64,000 nucleotides of DNA, taken from NCBI RefSeq assembly GCF_000142905.1, contig NW_013657672.1, forward strand, positions 1-64,000, in the 5' to 3' direction. The position numbers and the translations under genes are program-made. This stretch comes from Thecamonas trahens ATCC 50062 (Eukaryota > Protista > Apusomonadida). Each line of letters opens with the position of its first letter. Position 1 is the stretch's first letter. Below, in pieces: positions 10,111 to 21,538 of this stretch. The notes beneath the pieces are model-generated. The model ran no database searches, had not been told where the DNA came from, and worked only from the letters and a program-made list of their open reading frames with translations.

Positions 10111-11493
10111 TCAGACGCCACACGCTGCCCAAAACCGCCCCACAAACCGCCCGTCGTCGCCAAACAAATCGCTGGCGATGACCTCCATGAGATCGGTGGC
10201 AATCGCTTCGCGGCCGTCCACAACCACGTCTGTGAGGAGTGGGATCCGCGACGCCGCCCACAGAGCCGCCCGGCTCGCCACAGCGCCGGCATCGATCTTC
10301 TTTCGCCGCGTGAGCCGGTTGCTCCCGCCGGAGCTGATGGCCAGCTCGTCAGACGTGTCTGATGCGGTGGCAAGGTCGATCGCCGCCCGCTCCGTCGGCC
10401 AGCATGCCGCCTTGGTCAGCGCGCGCATTTGCGAGCTCGAGCCGATCGGGAGCCGCGCATACCGCGCCTCGACCAGCTCCATGACAGCGTCCCACGAGAC
10501 GCCTGCGCCAAAGACCAGTGCACGCGCGCTGGCCACAACCTCGAGGGCGCGCGCCTTGAACCCGCGACCGGCCTGCGCCGGCGGCCGTGGCGGTGGCATC
10601 GCCAGCAGCTCGGCCGCAGACCGCTCGCCAACGGCTGGCGAAAGGACCGACACCGAGTACGACCGCTCCACCGCACGCACAGAGTGCCACCAGAACGGCG
10701 GAACGTAGAGGATCTCTCCGGGACGCACCGTGATGATCAGCGCGTCGTCGTGGTTCGCCTGCATGTCGCGCGCCTGCCGGTAGTGGACGTGGAGCCAGGG
10801 GAACGGCTCCACATCAACCGACGCCGACGGCGGATGCAGAATCCACTGCTTGGCGCCGGTGATCTGGATGTGCAGATTGTACGAGGTGTCGTAGTGGGTG
10901 TTGGCCACCACTCCGGCCCGTCCCACCCACACCATGCTCCGCGACACGCCTGCCTCCAGCTCGAGCTCCTCCACCCGCAGATCACCCTTGACCGGAGCCC
11001 ACTCGCCGTCGACGTCGCCAGTATGGTACAGCAGCCAGCCGTCGCCGTCGTCATCGCCATCGCCTCTGCTCGCGTCGTCGGCGTAAAAGCTCTCCAGGCC
11101 GACCGCCGTCTGCATCTCAAACGCGTCGATGGCGCCGAGGCTGAGCATCCGCTCGCCGACAGGCACAAAGACCGGCGAGCCGGCCGAGGCGTTGCGAAAG
11201 GCGAGCTCGACCCCAGCCATGGCCTTCTTCATCGCCGCAGCGTCGCTCCATCGCCGCAGCGCCGGCCACTGCGCTGCCGACGAGCCACGAATGAGCAGCG
11301 GCCTGTCGCGGAGCTCAACAAGACCGTCAGCGCCGCGGCTGCTCTGGTCCACCACAAAGTCGCGGACGTCCATGTCGGGTGGAACAACATTGACTTCAAC
11401 CCCTCCCTGGTTAGCGCTCTCCGCTGCTCCGTGCCCCGCAAGCGCTGCCGCCACAACCAGGGTGACGGCGAGAATGACTCGGTCCACGTGCAT
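10111..11493 (-). CDS. JmjC (cupin-8) 2-oxoglutarate/Fe hydroxylase with a signal peptide
   Basis: WPALRRWS, THYDTSYNLHIQITGAKQW (HxD) and VRPGEILYVPPFWWHSV. Hydrophobic N-terminus MHVDRVILAVTLVVAAALAGHGAA. Confidence 0.88.
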   Translation of the reverse strand: MHVDRVILAVTLVVAAALAGHGAAESANQGGVEVNVVPPDMDVRDFVVDQSSRGADGLVELRDRPLLIRGSSAAQWPALRRWSDAAAMKKAMAGVELAFRNASAGSPVFVPVGERMLSLGAIDAFEMQTAVGLESFYADDASRGDGDDDGDGWLLYHTGDVDGEWAPVKGDLRVEELELEAGVSRSMVWVGRAGVVANTHYDTSYNLHIQITGAKQWILHPPSASVDVEPFPWLHVHYRQARDMQANHDDALIITVRPGEILYVPPFWWHSVRAVERSYSVSVLSPAVGERSAAELLAMPPPRPPAQAGRGFKARALEVVASARALVFGAGVSWDAVMELVEARYARLPIGSSSQMRALTKAACWPTERAAIDLATASDTSDELAISSGGSNRLTRRKKIDAGAVASRAALWAASRIPLLTDVVVDGREAIATDLMEVIASDLFGDDGRFVGRFWAACGV

Positions 11494-11591
11494 GCAACGG
11501 GAATGGGCGAGAGAAATGCCGCCACTCGCGGCAGTCGCGGCAACGACGGTGCGTTCATTGTCTAGTCTTCGCCTTGCACGCACTGCTTTCA

Positions 11592-12509
11592 TCAGAGGCC
11601 AGAGGCGGCGCGACGAACAGCCATCTCCTCGCGCATGACGGCAAAGGCCTCGCCGATACGGACAGCAATGGCTGCCCAGGTCCGACGGTCGTCCCACGCC
11701 TCGGCGGCGGCCTGCTCGAGGATGTCGGCAAGCTCGATGGGCTCGCCGACCGCGACATGGACATGGATGTCACGCGAGAAAATTGGCGCCTTGTCCGGCG
11801 GCTTGGTCACGTTCATGCCCTCCTGGTAGATGGGGAGGACCATCGGCGGCGTGTCACACTCGGTGATGAGCCGGCCGACGCCAAGCTTGATCGGCAGCAG
11901 CGGTGGGATCTCGTCGGGCGCGTGGTCCATCGAGATGCGGCCCTCGGGAAAGATGTTGACCCACGCGCTCGACCCGTTGAGCTTATCAACAGCGCGCAGC
12001 ATGTTCGGCTGCATCACGCCGCCGCCGCGAGTGACCGGCAGCACTTTGAGGCTCTGGAAGTAGTACGACGACGCGAGGTTAGTAAAGAGCTGGTCCTCGG
12101 CCGCGAGGGTCCAGCGGACGAGTCTGGGCCGGAGGCACGTGATCCATCGCAAGGTCATGGGAATAAAGCCCGGATCAAACTCAGAGACATGGTTGGCGAC
12201 GGTGATGAGGCCCTGCCCGGGCTTGCGGGAACGAAAGTAGACAGCGTCCTCGAGCGCCTTCTCGTTGTACACGTGCGGCGTGACAAAGCCATTGCAGTGG
12301 ATGGACGCCAGAGTCCAAGCCGTAGCAATGCTCACTGTGCTCAGCATCGACCACCCGACGTTGTGATCCGATGATGGCAGCTTATGAATACCCGGTACGT
12401 CCACTACGTCATGGTACGTCTTCTCGGGCTTGGCGTGTGGGCAGTGCGGTGCAGGGAGGGCAGAGGTGGTGAACGAGAGCGACAACGACGAGAACAACTT
12501 GGACAGCAT
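11592..12509 (-). CDS. TAZ: Tafazzin-like phospholipid acyltransferase
   Basis: GLITVANHVSEFDP (HxxxxD), RWTLAAEDQLFTN, LPVTRGGGVMQ, WVNIFPEGRI, KLGVGRLI. Confidence 0.9.
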   Translation of the reverse strand: MLSKLFSSLSLSFTTSALPAPHCPHAKPEKTYHDVVDVPGIHKLPSSDHNVGWSMLSTVSIATAWTLASIHCNGFVTPHVYNEKALEDAVYFRSRKPGQGLITVANHVSEFDPGFIPMTLRWITCLRPRLVRWTLAAEDQLFTNLASSYYFQSLKVLPVTRGGGVMQPNMLRAVDKLNGSSAWVNIFPEGRISMDHAPDEIPPLLPIKLGVGRLITECDTPPMVLPIYQEGMNVTKPPDKAPIFSRDIHVHVAVGEPIELADILEQAAAEAWDDRRTWAAIAVRIGEAFAVMREEMAVRRAASGL

Positions 12510-12581
12510 ACCCACAACCGCCACCACAACCACGCGCTTGGTGACTTGCTGAGGGGGTAAGGAGGGATGGGAGGAGGGAGG

Positions 12582-12632
12582 CGCGAGGGGCGAGGCGCGA
12601 GGGGCGAGGCGCGAGGGGCGAGGCGCGAGGGG
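12582..12632. repeat. Short tandem repeat (gcgcgaggggcgag)n between MON2 and TAZ
   Basis: About 3.5 copies of a 14-bp unit. Confidence 0.7.
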
Positions 12633-12725
12633 CAAGTCGAGTGTGTCAAGCCGCTCGACGCTGGCCCCCGAAAGCCTGCCACGCGTCACGAGCTGTCATC
12701 CTCGGCGCACCTTGGCGCGTTTACA

Positions 12726-15700
12726 CTACCTTGCTCCACCCTTTTGCAACGCACCCCACTCGCGGAGAAAGCCTGCGACGACCGATCGAACGCCCTCGCT
12801 TTCGCTAGTTGCCACGCACTGGCACAGCGCTTCCCAGAGCGGCGATCCGGCGACAACGCGCTCGAGCACGCTACCAAGCAGGCGGACGCCGTCTTCCTGG
12901 ACTCGGGCCACGCCGACGCCGCTCCCACCGGCAACGCCCGAGAGGGCCCGCTCGACCCGCGCACACACCACGTCGCCGTCGTCCTCGCCGGCTACGATGC
13001 CGACCCAGAGGCCGGCGGCGTCCTCAATGCCGTCGCGCGCGAGCGCCACAAGCACATCACACGCCCGCGCCCGGACAGACTTGGGCGCGCCGGCCACCAC
13101 AGCATCGACCTGGCCGAGCGCCGCGCAAAGGCCCGGTTGCGTCAGCTTGCGCGCCTCGAGCGCGCCGAGAAGGAGGCCGACGTACTCGCCAGTGCCGACG
13201 AGTTCGGCCAGCTCCGACGCGAGTGCAAGAACTTCACGCTCAACGTCCGAGACCTTGCCCTGCGCCTCCAGATAAGTATCGCACCCGAGGTTGCCGCGGA
13301 GGAGGGTGGCAAGAACCGGTACTGCCTGCCGCGGCGAGCCGAGCTCAGATCGCTCGGTCCCTGCCCGCAGCGCCTCCATCAGCGCAGTCATGACGCCCTT
13401 TCGGAGTGATTCGGACCCACCGCCGTCATCGTCGTCGCTGACGAGCGCGCCCGCCGCCCGCCGCAGCGCTTCCCACCACGCAGCGTAGAGCGCGGCGCAA
13501 AGCGGCGTCTCGGCCCCAACTTTGTCAAGCGAGGCAACAACAAAGAGCAAGCCGCGTGCCCCAACCATGCACAGGTTCTTGGATGCTCCGCTCGCTGCCG
13601 CGCCCGCCGCCGCGCTCTGCAGTGCGTCGAGAACCTCGCTCCAAAAGAGAGCAACCTCCGCCTCGCTGCCGACTTGCGCCAGCGCGCCGAGCAGCGAGCG
13701 GTAGATCGAGACTAGGCCCTCCAGAATAAGCGTGAGCGACTCGCGCCAGAGCTTGGCCGGTGTGTCACGCGAGTGGTGGACCCGCACAAACGACGGCTTG
13801 TCGCCGGAACTCGTGGCCTCGAGGTAGGGCGTTGCGCCTGCGGCGGCTTCGGCGCTGTCCGGAGCGGCATCGGCGGCGTCGAGCGCGACGAGCGCGGCTT
13901 GCGCATGGCGGAGGACGGCAAAGACAACGTCGGGCAGGAGCGAGGCCCAGCCGTCGAGCGAGAGGCAGAGCCCGTGGGTGGTGAGCGTCTTGAAAAGGGT
14001 ACGGACGGCGCAGTTGCGCGTCTCGGCCGCCGACGACATGGCGAGCTTGCCGAGCTCGCCAAAGACCGCGATCCAGTGACGGTCTGCTGCCGGTGCCGCT
14101 GGCGACTTGAGGTAGTCCGCAATGCGCCAAAGCGCGCCGACAGCGGTGAGTGAGATGTTGACCTCGACGCTCTGTGCCGCGTACGCACCGACGACCGCGA
14201 CAAGCTCGTCGAGCGAGTCGGCCGGGACAAACTCGAGAAAGTCGGCGAGCACAAACTGGACGCATCGGAACGAAAGCGCGAGGACCGAGGCGCCAAACGT
14301 GGGCGAGGCTGCGTGTTGTGCGTGGTACACCCCGTCGCCGAGAATGTCAAGCACAACCGGCCAGCCGGCGTGCGAGGCGTCAAACGTCTCGCCCACGCCC
14401 TGCAGCGCCTCAAGCAGCGCCGAGAGTGCGTTGAGGTGGGTGTCCTCAAACTTGGACGATGCCAGCCTTCGGAACGCGCCGAGAACTTGCGGGTGCAGCG
14501 CCGGCTCGGCGTCCTGCAACGCCTCGGTGAGGAACGAGGTGAACGCCCGGACGGCGTACATCCTGACTGCGGCAGCCTCATGAGTCGTGAGCCCGATGGC
14601 AAAGCTAGAGAGCGGCTCCCAGATGAGTTCCAGCCGCGACATGTTGCACCGTGCTGCGCTGAAGAGGTACTCGGCCACGGCTGGCGGCGCGAGTGCGGCC
14701 GAGAGCGGCGAGTGCGATGCGCCAGAGACGCCCGCCGAGGGCGACGACGGCAACGAGCCCGACGACTTGTGGCTCTTGCCCTTGACGCTGTCGAGCGTGG
14801 TAAGCCGTGCCGGCGACGCGCCCAGCGCCTGCTCCATAGCCACGGCGCCAACTGCTGCAGTCGCCTCAAACATGGCGACAAGGGTCGCCGGCTCAAACTG
14901 TGCTGACGATGCGAGGAGGCTGTCGACGCCGGAGCGAAGCGGAGCCACAATGCTCGGCGCTGCGCCGGAACCGTGGCCGACCGATGACGCCGCGAGTGCA
15001 TCGCTGCCTGCCGACGAGCTCCCGAATGCAGCAAAGAGCGGGAGTCGCATCCGCCGCAGTCGCGAACGGAGGACCGAGCGGCCCGACTCGGGCGGCGCCG
15101 AGGCTGACGGCGACCCGGCGCCACTGTCGGCATCGCCAGCCCGGGCGTCGAGATCGGTGATCGACGCGCTGGCGCTAGGCGAGAGCGTGCCGGACGACGC
15201 CGACTGCTCCGCGAGGGCCTCGGCATCGAGGACGATGTCGAGTGCGTGCAGAAGCGCCATAATCATGCGCCAGCCGGCGCCCAGTACGTTCGGCGAGCGA
15301 GTAGCAAGCTCGAGGAGGGCGTGGAGGACAACGACGTGGGTGAGCCGCAGCTCGGCGTCGGCGGCCGAGGCAAGCGGCTGCGGAACGCCGAGGACGGCGG
15401 CGGCGGCAGCGGATGGGCCCTCGACGCCTGGAGGTGGGAAGAGACCCGGGAGGCGAGCACGCGGTGGAAGGCGACGCGGGAGCGCGCGAAAGGCAAGCTC
15501 GGCAAGGACCGCGGCGACGACGTCGCTCTCGCCCAGGACGCCGGCTGTGTGGACGACGGTGGTGAGGGCGGGGACGAGGAGGGCGAGGACGTCGGCGTCG
15601 TCGCTGAGCGCAAGGGTGGCGAGAAGGCCGTCGCGGATCGGGCGCCAGCTGACGGCAAGCATGAGCGTGCCGAGGGTCGGGTCGGTTGCTGCGGCGTGGG

Positions 15701-17282
15701 CGGTCGCCTGCGCCGCCGATGCCAGCATGCGGCAACCGATGAGTAGGGCGTAGTTGGAGATCTTGCGCGGAGGCGCCGACTCGGAGAGGAGGTCAAGGAA
15801 CGGCATCTGGTCGCTGGCGACGACCTTGTCGTGCGGTACCTTGCCCGACCGAGCCGCCTTGGACTCGCACATAGCGGTGACGGTCTGTGAGACGACAGCG
15901 ACCGAGTCGGTGAACACGTTGGTCGACGTCTCTTGGCAGTCGTAGAACGAGGCAAGCCGGGCGGCGAGCTGTGGATCGGCCATCCACGAGTGAAGTACCT
16001 CCATAGCACCAATGAGAAGCGCGAGCTGCGGCTTGGGCGCGTCAAAGAGCTTGAAGAGCATGTTGACCAAGATTTCCACCTCCATGACGAGGACTTGGCC
16101 AAAAGAAGCCACGAGGATGCGGACGACCCGGAAGAGGCGTATGCCGAGCGAGAACTCGGTGAGCTGCGAAAAGTTGCGGATGAGGAGCGGGCAGACGGCC
16201 TCTTGGAGCATCTGGGTCAGCTCTGGGTGCGCAAGGTACATTGAATCGATGCGGATGGTGAGGAGGATGACCTCGAGGAGCTCGAGGCCGAGGTCGCGGG
16301 CGAGGACGGCGGGCGCGGTGCTCGACCCGCCGGAGGCCGACGCAAGCCATGTGGCGTTCTCGCCGTTGGTGAGCGAGACAAGGGCGTGGAAGACCTGCAG
16401 CGCGTCGCGTGCGCATGGGCGCATCGACGACGCGCCCACGAGCGCGGCGTTGGCCTCGGAGCTTGCCGACAGTTCGATGTCATTTGCCTCGTCAGCCCCG
16501 TCCTCGGCGGCCACCTTTTCAAACACTCGGCGCATCATCTGCCGGAGCGTGGCGACCGCAAGCCCGCGGACCAGCGACGACTTGGCCGACGACATGCGGA
16601 TCCCGAGGTCAAGCGTCTGCGCCAACGCGTTGCCCTGCAGAAACGAGCACGACGTGATGAGCGAGTTGAGCGCCTGCACAACCTTGACCTGCAGCGCCTC
16701 GTCCGACGCGGCCGATCCAAGCGCCAGCTTTGCCAGCGTCGACACCACCGCACCAAGCCCCGAGGCCACAATGGCGTCATGCGAGGCCAAAACCTGCAGA
16801 CCGGATATGGCCTCTGTCACCAGCTTGGCCGACGACGTGGTAGCCGCTACCAGATACGGGCGCAGCACTTCTTCCGATCGGATGACCTCTGTAGAGACCG
16901 CCACCGCCCCACACGAGACCGAGCCACCGCCACCACCACCGCCGCCACCACCACCACCACACGAGACCGAGCCACCACGTCAGCGACGAGCCGCCCAGCC
17001 GTACCCACCGCCGACCACATACGCCCGCCATAAGTCCCTACCCATAACATCCCCCTCCCTTCCTCGACACCACCCACCTCCTTTCCCCCTCCGCGTGCCC
17101 CTATCCCTTCTGTGGTACGTACCATGGACCTTGTCGGCAAGGTACCTGTCCGAGTCGGAGAGTGAGCGCAGCTGGAGAATGCCCCTCTCGGCAGCCTCCT
17201 TGACTCGACCATGCTTCTTGCTCTTCCGTGCTTCGGTGGAAAGTGTTCTCAGGGAGATGTCGATGATGTCCACTGTATCCAT
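12726..17282 (-). CDS. MON2: Protein MON2 homologue (exons 17282-17123, 16888-12726)
   Basis: N-terminus LRTLSTEARK..VKEAAERGILQLR; DCB/HUS regions; VNISLTAVGALWRIADY, ETRNCAVRTLF and VHHSRDTPAKLWRES. Intron gtacgt...ctacag. Confidence 0.92.
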
Positions 17283-17635
17283 CTCCTCAAACAAATCCCT
17301 CTCTCGCTGCTCCTCCCTCTCCCTCACCAGCGACAAGTGCCCGTCGCCGTCGCCTGTCGCCAGTCAGTCCGTCACCCAGCCAGCCAGCCACCAACTAGTC
17401 CAGCCAGCCAGCTCATCATCGCCGATACCCTCAACAATCATACCATCCGATAACCACCTGCTCTATTCTCCTACAAACTGCTGCATCCCGAACGGTCTGA
17501 TCTCAGCAAACAGCCTCAGTCAACCCCGCCCTCCCCCCCCCCCTTCCCCCCCCCCCCCCTTCCCCTTCCCTTCCCACTCCACTCCACCACACCACACCAC
17601 ACCACCCCCACCACCACCACCCACCACCCCCCACC

Positions 17636-18850
17636 ATGGCAAACTCAAAGTCTTCTCAACCCAACTCGGGCGGGCTGTTCAAGGGCGACAAGGCACTCAA
17701 GCTGAGGTTCATGGTCCTTGTTGTTGGCCTCGTTGTCTACGCTGTCGATGTCTTCATCCTTAGCTTCATGGTGGTCTCGTTTGAACATGCCCGTGGCTTT
17801 GCTTGCTGCACTCTCTGCTCTGATCGGGATTGGGCAAACTCAAAGGTCCGCCCCACAGACATTGTCCGAGCCAATGATACTATCTGCTCTCTCGCTCCCT
17901 CGGCAAAGGGCTACTCGCAGCTATCAAGCAAGTGTGCCCCCATCTTGCCGCCGCTGGCTTGTGGGTCCCAGATCTGTACTGAGAATCGTTTGAACGAGGC
18001 GTACAAGGCTGCAAAGAGCGAAGGCGTTGGCCTCGTCGGCCTCAGACTCGCCTGCCTCATCATCGCCGCCGCAGTCTCGGTCATCACCACCTTTCGCATG
18101 CCCAAGCGCAAGCGGAATCGTTACATTCTCCGCGGCGCCATCCTCACCCTGCTCATTGTCTCTATTGCGCTCGCTGTTGCCATCTTTATTATCAAGGCCG
18201 GATACATCGGCATCAAGTGCAAGGACGCGTACTCGGGCTCGACCCACTCGGCATGCAACGAGGACCTCGCCGATTGCCCCGGTCTCAAGATCGTGGCGGT
18301 CTTTACCAACCCGGACGTCTTCACCCTCCCTGCTGTCCTCTCCATCGTCACTGCCGTTGTCTCTGCCACCATCTTTTCCTTCAAGGTCATCTTCCGCAAG
18401 CGGCTCCGCCACCGGTCCGAGCCGCTGGCCGACGACACCCTCGACCTCGACGCCAATACCGGCAACGAGATCAGCATCGACGACGTCAGCGTTTCTCTGA
18501 CTCAGCCTGTGGTCGCCGCCGCCCCTGCTGCGGTAGCCACTGCCACCGTTGCTGCCCACTCTGGCCCGGACCACGACACTCGCAACCGTGCTCCGTCGAT
18601 GGGCGTACGCAGTGCTCCAAGCGGCGTCTGCGTCATCCGCGCCACACTTCCTCCCGGCTGGGAAATGTCTGTTGCGCCCGACACCAACGCCTACTTTTAC
18701 TCCGACCACAACACCGGCACCACCTCCTGGGAGCCGCCGCACGGTGCCCGCACCCTTCCGCCGGGCGTCCAGGAGGAGTTTGCTCCTGATGGGCGCCCCT
18801 ACTACGTCAACCACAACACCCAAGTCACCACCTGGGTGCCGCCTATGTAG
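17636..18850 (+). CDS. Four-TM protein with Cys-rich loops and two C-terminal WW domains
   Basis: Four hydrophobic segments. WW1 LPPGWEM..YFYSDHNTGTTSWEPP; WW2 LPPGVQEEFAPDGRPYYVNHNTQVTTWVPP. Confidence 0.85.
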   Translation: MANSKSSQPNSGGLFKGDKALKLRFMVLVVGLVVYAVDVFILSFMVVSFEHARGFACCTLCSDRDWANSKVRPTDIVRANDTICSLAPSAKGYSQLSSKCAPILPPLACGSQICTENRLNEAYKAAKSEGVGLVGLRLACLIIAAAVSVITTFRMPKRKRNRYILRGAILTLLIVSIALAVAIFIIKAGYIGIKCKDAYSGSTHSACNEDLADCPGLKIVAVFTNPDVFTLPAVLSIVTAVVSATIFSFKVIFRKRLRHRSEPLADDTLDLDANTGNEISIDDVSVSLTQPVVAAAPAAVATATVAAHSGPDHDTRNRAPSMGVRSAPSGVCVIRATLPPGWEMSVAPDTNAYFYSDHNTGTTSWEPPHGARTLPPGVQEEFAPDGRPYYVNHNTQVTTWVPPM

Positions 18851-19499
18851 TCAGTGCGCCAAGTTGACCAATCGATCATCGCATTTGATTTGTGATGGAA
18901 TCCCTGTCGCCATCGACTCGACGTGGTCGCCCCCTCGACAGGATCTTGCTTCTCCGCCGAGGCATGTCCGCCACCGTCATCGTGTCGACAATCTCGTCAC
19001 ACACACACACACACACGCATACTTTTTTAGAGTACCAACTACACAAAGACAACTGGTACGGTGCCTACATTACCGACATGTCTTGACTGCCCTTCCTCGC
19101 CCCCCTCTCGCACACATCTGCCCTGAACCCCGCTCTCGTGGCCATCCTCAACGCGCGTCGCCGGAAACCTACTGCAGATCACGAGACCGGCCGCGATGGC
19201 AAGAACAGAGAAGACAAAGACGAGCGGGTAGCAAATGCCGACACCGATGACGCCCGGGATGAGACTGTCTCTTGTAGCGGTTGGGCATGATGCCGCGAAA
19301 CCGAGAAAAACAGCGATCTTTCATTTGTTGTTCCGCATCGCTTCCTCTTCATCCCCCCCACCCCCCCACCCCCCCAGAAGCACACCTACGCGAATCAGAC
19401 CATAGTCGCAACAAGCCCACTCCAAAGAGCTTTTCATGGATCCCCCCCTCTCCCAGTTCCGCATCGCATCGCATCGCATCTCTCTCTCTCTATCTCGCC

Positions 19500-21529
19500 A
19501 TGCCTCGCCTCAGTCTCACCGCGCCCGAGGTGGCAACCACGACGGCAGCCATTACCACAAGCCTGACCACGGCATGCGCCAACCTCTCGACCGCCACCAA
19601 CCCGTTCTCTGCTCTGGCCACCGCCTACGGCTCTGCTGCTGCTGCCTCTGCCGGCATCACCGTGACTGCTCTGGCCGGCACCGACGCCGACGCCCGCCGA
19701 GCTGCCAACGCTGCTCGTGCCACTCTCCGCAACGCCTTTGATGCCGTTTGGACGGATCCAGACGTCTATGCGGTTCTCTTGGCTGCCACGGACACTCCTC
19801 CGGCCGACGAGGAGGAGGCGCGCTTCAGATCAAGTGCCCTGGCTCTCATGCTCCGGCTCGGCGCAGGGCTGACCGGCGAGCATCGCCTTGCTGCCAAAGA
19901 CCTGCAGGAGAAGATCTCAGCCATGACTTCCCAGTTTGATGCAAACCTCAACGGAGACACCACAGCTGTTGAGTTCTCCATCGCAGAGCTGGACGGCGTC
20001 CCGGACTCGCTGCTCCCGCTCCTCGAGTCTCGCGGCGACGATCGCTACGCCGTCCCACTCAAGCGCCCCACCCTCACTCCGACATTGCAGCACGCCAAGT
20101 CGTCAGCAACGCGTAAGGCCCTCTACCGCGCCGCAAACTGCCAGTGCCTCGCCGAAAACGGCCCGCTGGTCGACGACATCCTCGCCGCCCGCGCTGCCCT
20201 CGCCACCGCCCTCGGCTTTGACTCGCACGCTCACCTCAAGACTTCCGCTGAGACCGTCCGCAAGCCCGACGCCGTGTACGCGCTCATGGACTCGGTCGCC
20301 AAGGGCGCAAAACCCAAGTTTGAGGCTGAGATCTCTGCCCTTGTCGAGCTCAAGGCCACGCTCATCGCCGACGGCGGCCTTGTCGCCGACGACGACGCCG
20401 AGCCGGCCGCTGTCCACCCGTGGGATCTCTCTCTCCTCCTCCGCGAGCACAAGAAGCGCGCCTTTGCCGTCGACGACGAGCAGGTCAAGGCCTACTTTGA
20501 GGTCTCCGCCGTCATCGCCGGCGTTCTCGCCCTCTACGAGCATGTCTTTGGCCTTGCCTTTGAGCGCGTTGCCGACGCCCCGCTCGCCTGGCACCCAGAC
20601 GTTGCCCAGTACACCATGGCCGATGCGGCCACAGGCCAACTCATCGGCACTTCTTTCTTGACCTCTACCCGCGTGACGGCAAGTACTCGCACCAGTGCGT
20701 CGTTCCTCTTCAGCCGTCGTTCTTCGACGCAGTTGCTGGCTCGCAGCGCCTGCCCTCGGCCGTCATCATGGGCAACATGACCAAGCCAACGCCCAGCGCC
20801 CCGGCCCTACTGCGCTTCTTCGAGGTCCATACCTTTGTCCACGAGTTTGGCCACATCGTCCACGCCCTCTGCTCTCGCGCACGCTTTCCACTCTTCTCCT
20901 GGGCATGGTCCATCGTGCCCTGGGCCACGGGCTGTGGTGTCGAGATGGACTTTCTCGAGGTCCCCTCCCAGGCTCTTGAGAACTGGGTCTATCAGCCGGC
21001 CGTTCTCGCCCGCCTCGGCGCGCACCACGTCACCGGCGACCCACTGCCGGAAGATACCGTCACCGCTCTCGTCGCTGCCCGCCACGTCGCCCCAGGCATT
21101 CGCTACACCCGCCAAATCGCCATCTCCGCCATCGATCTCATCATGCACTCGGGTGGCCCACCCTTTGTCTACCCGCCGTGGGGCATCGCTGCACACTCAG
21201 TTGAGGACCTCGTTGCCCAGGTTTACGCCCACCTCGGCCTTCCGCCTCCGCTGCCATCCACCAACTTTGTCGCCTCGCTCTTCCACTTTACCTCGTACTC
21301 GGCTACATACCACTCGTACCTCGTCTCCGAAGTCGCCTCCGCCGACTGCTTCACCCTATTTGCACACAACCCGCTCGATCAGGCCCAAGGCTCCCGCTTC
21401 CGCGAACTCATCCTTGCCCCCGGCGCCACCGTCGATGCAACCGCCATGCTCGCCGCCTTTCTTGCCCGTCCGGTCTCCGTTGACGCCTTTTTCGACTCGG
21501 TCGGCTTTACTTCCTCCGACTCTGGGTAG
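19500..21529 (+). CDS. Thimet oligopeptidase-like M3A metallopeptidase; frameshift near 20650
   Basis: LGFDSHA and YFEV; after a 1-nt shift, FFLDLYPRDGKYSH, the zinc motif HEFGH and VEMDFLEVPSQALENW. Confidence 0.9.
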
Positions 21530-21538
21530 CAGCTACAT

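Noticed and set aside
16908-16980. 20-bp direct repeat ccacacgagaccgagccacc
   Set aside because: A local slippage duplication inside the MON2 intron with no sign of function.
19500-21529. Calling the frameshifted genes pseudogenes
   Set aside because: Catalytic motifs are intact and there is no other decay; sequencing error is more parsimonious.
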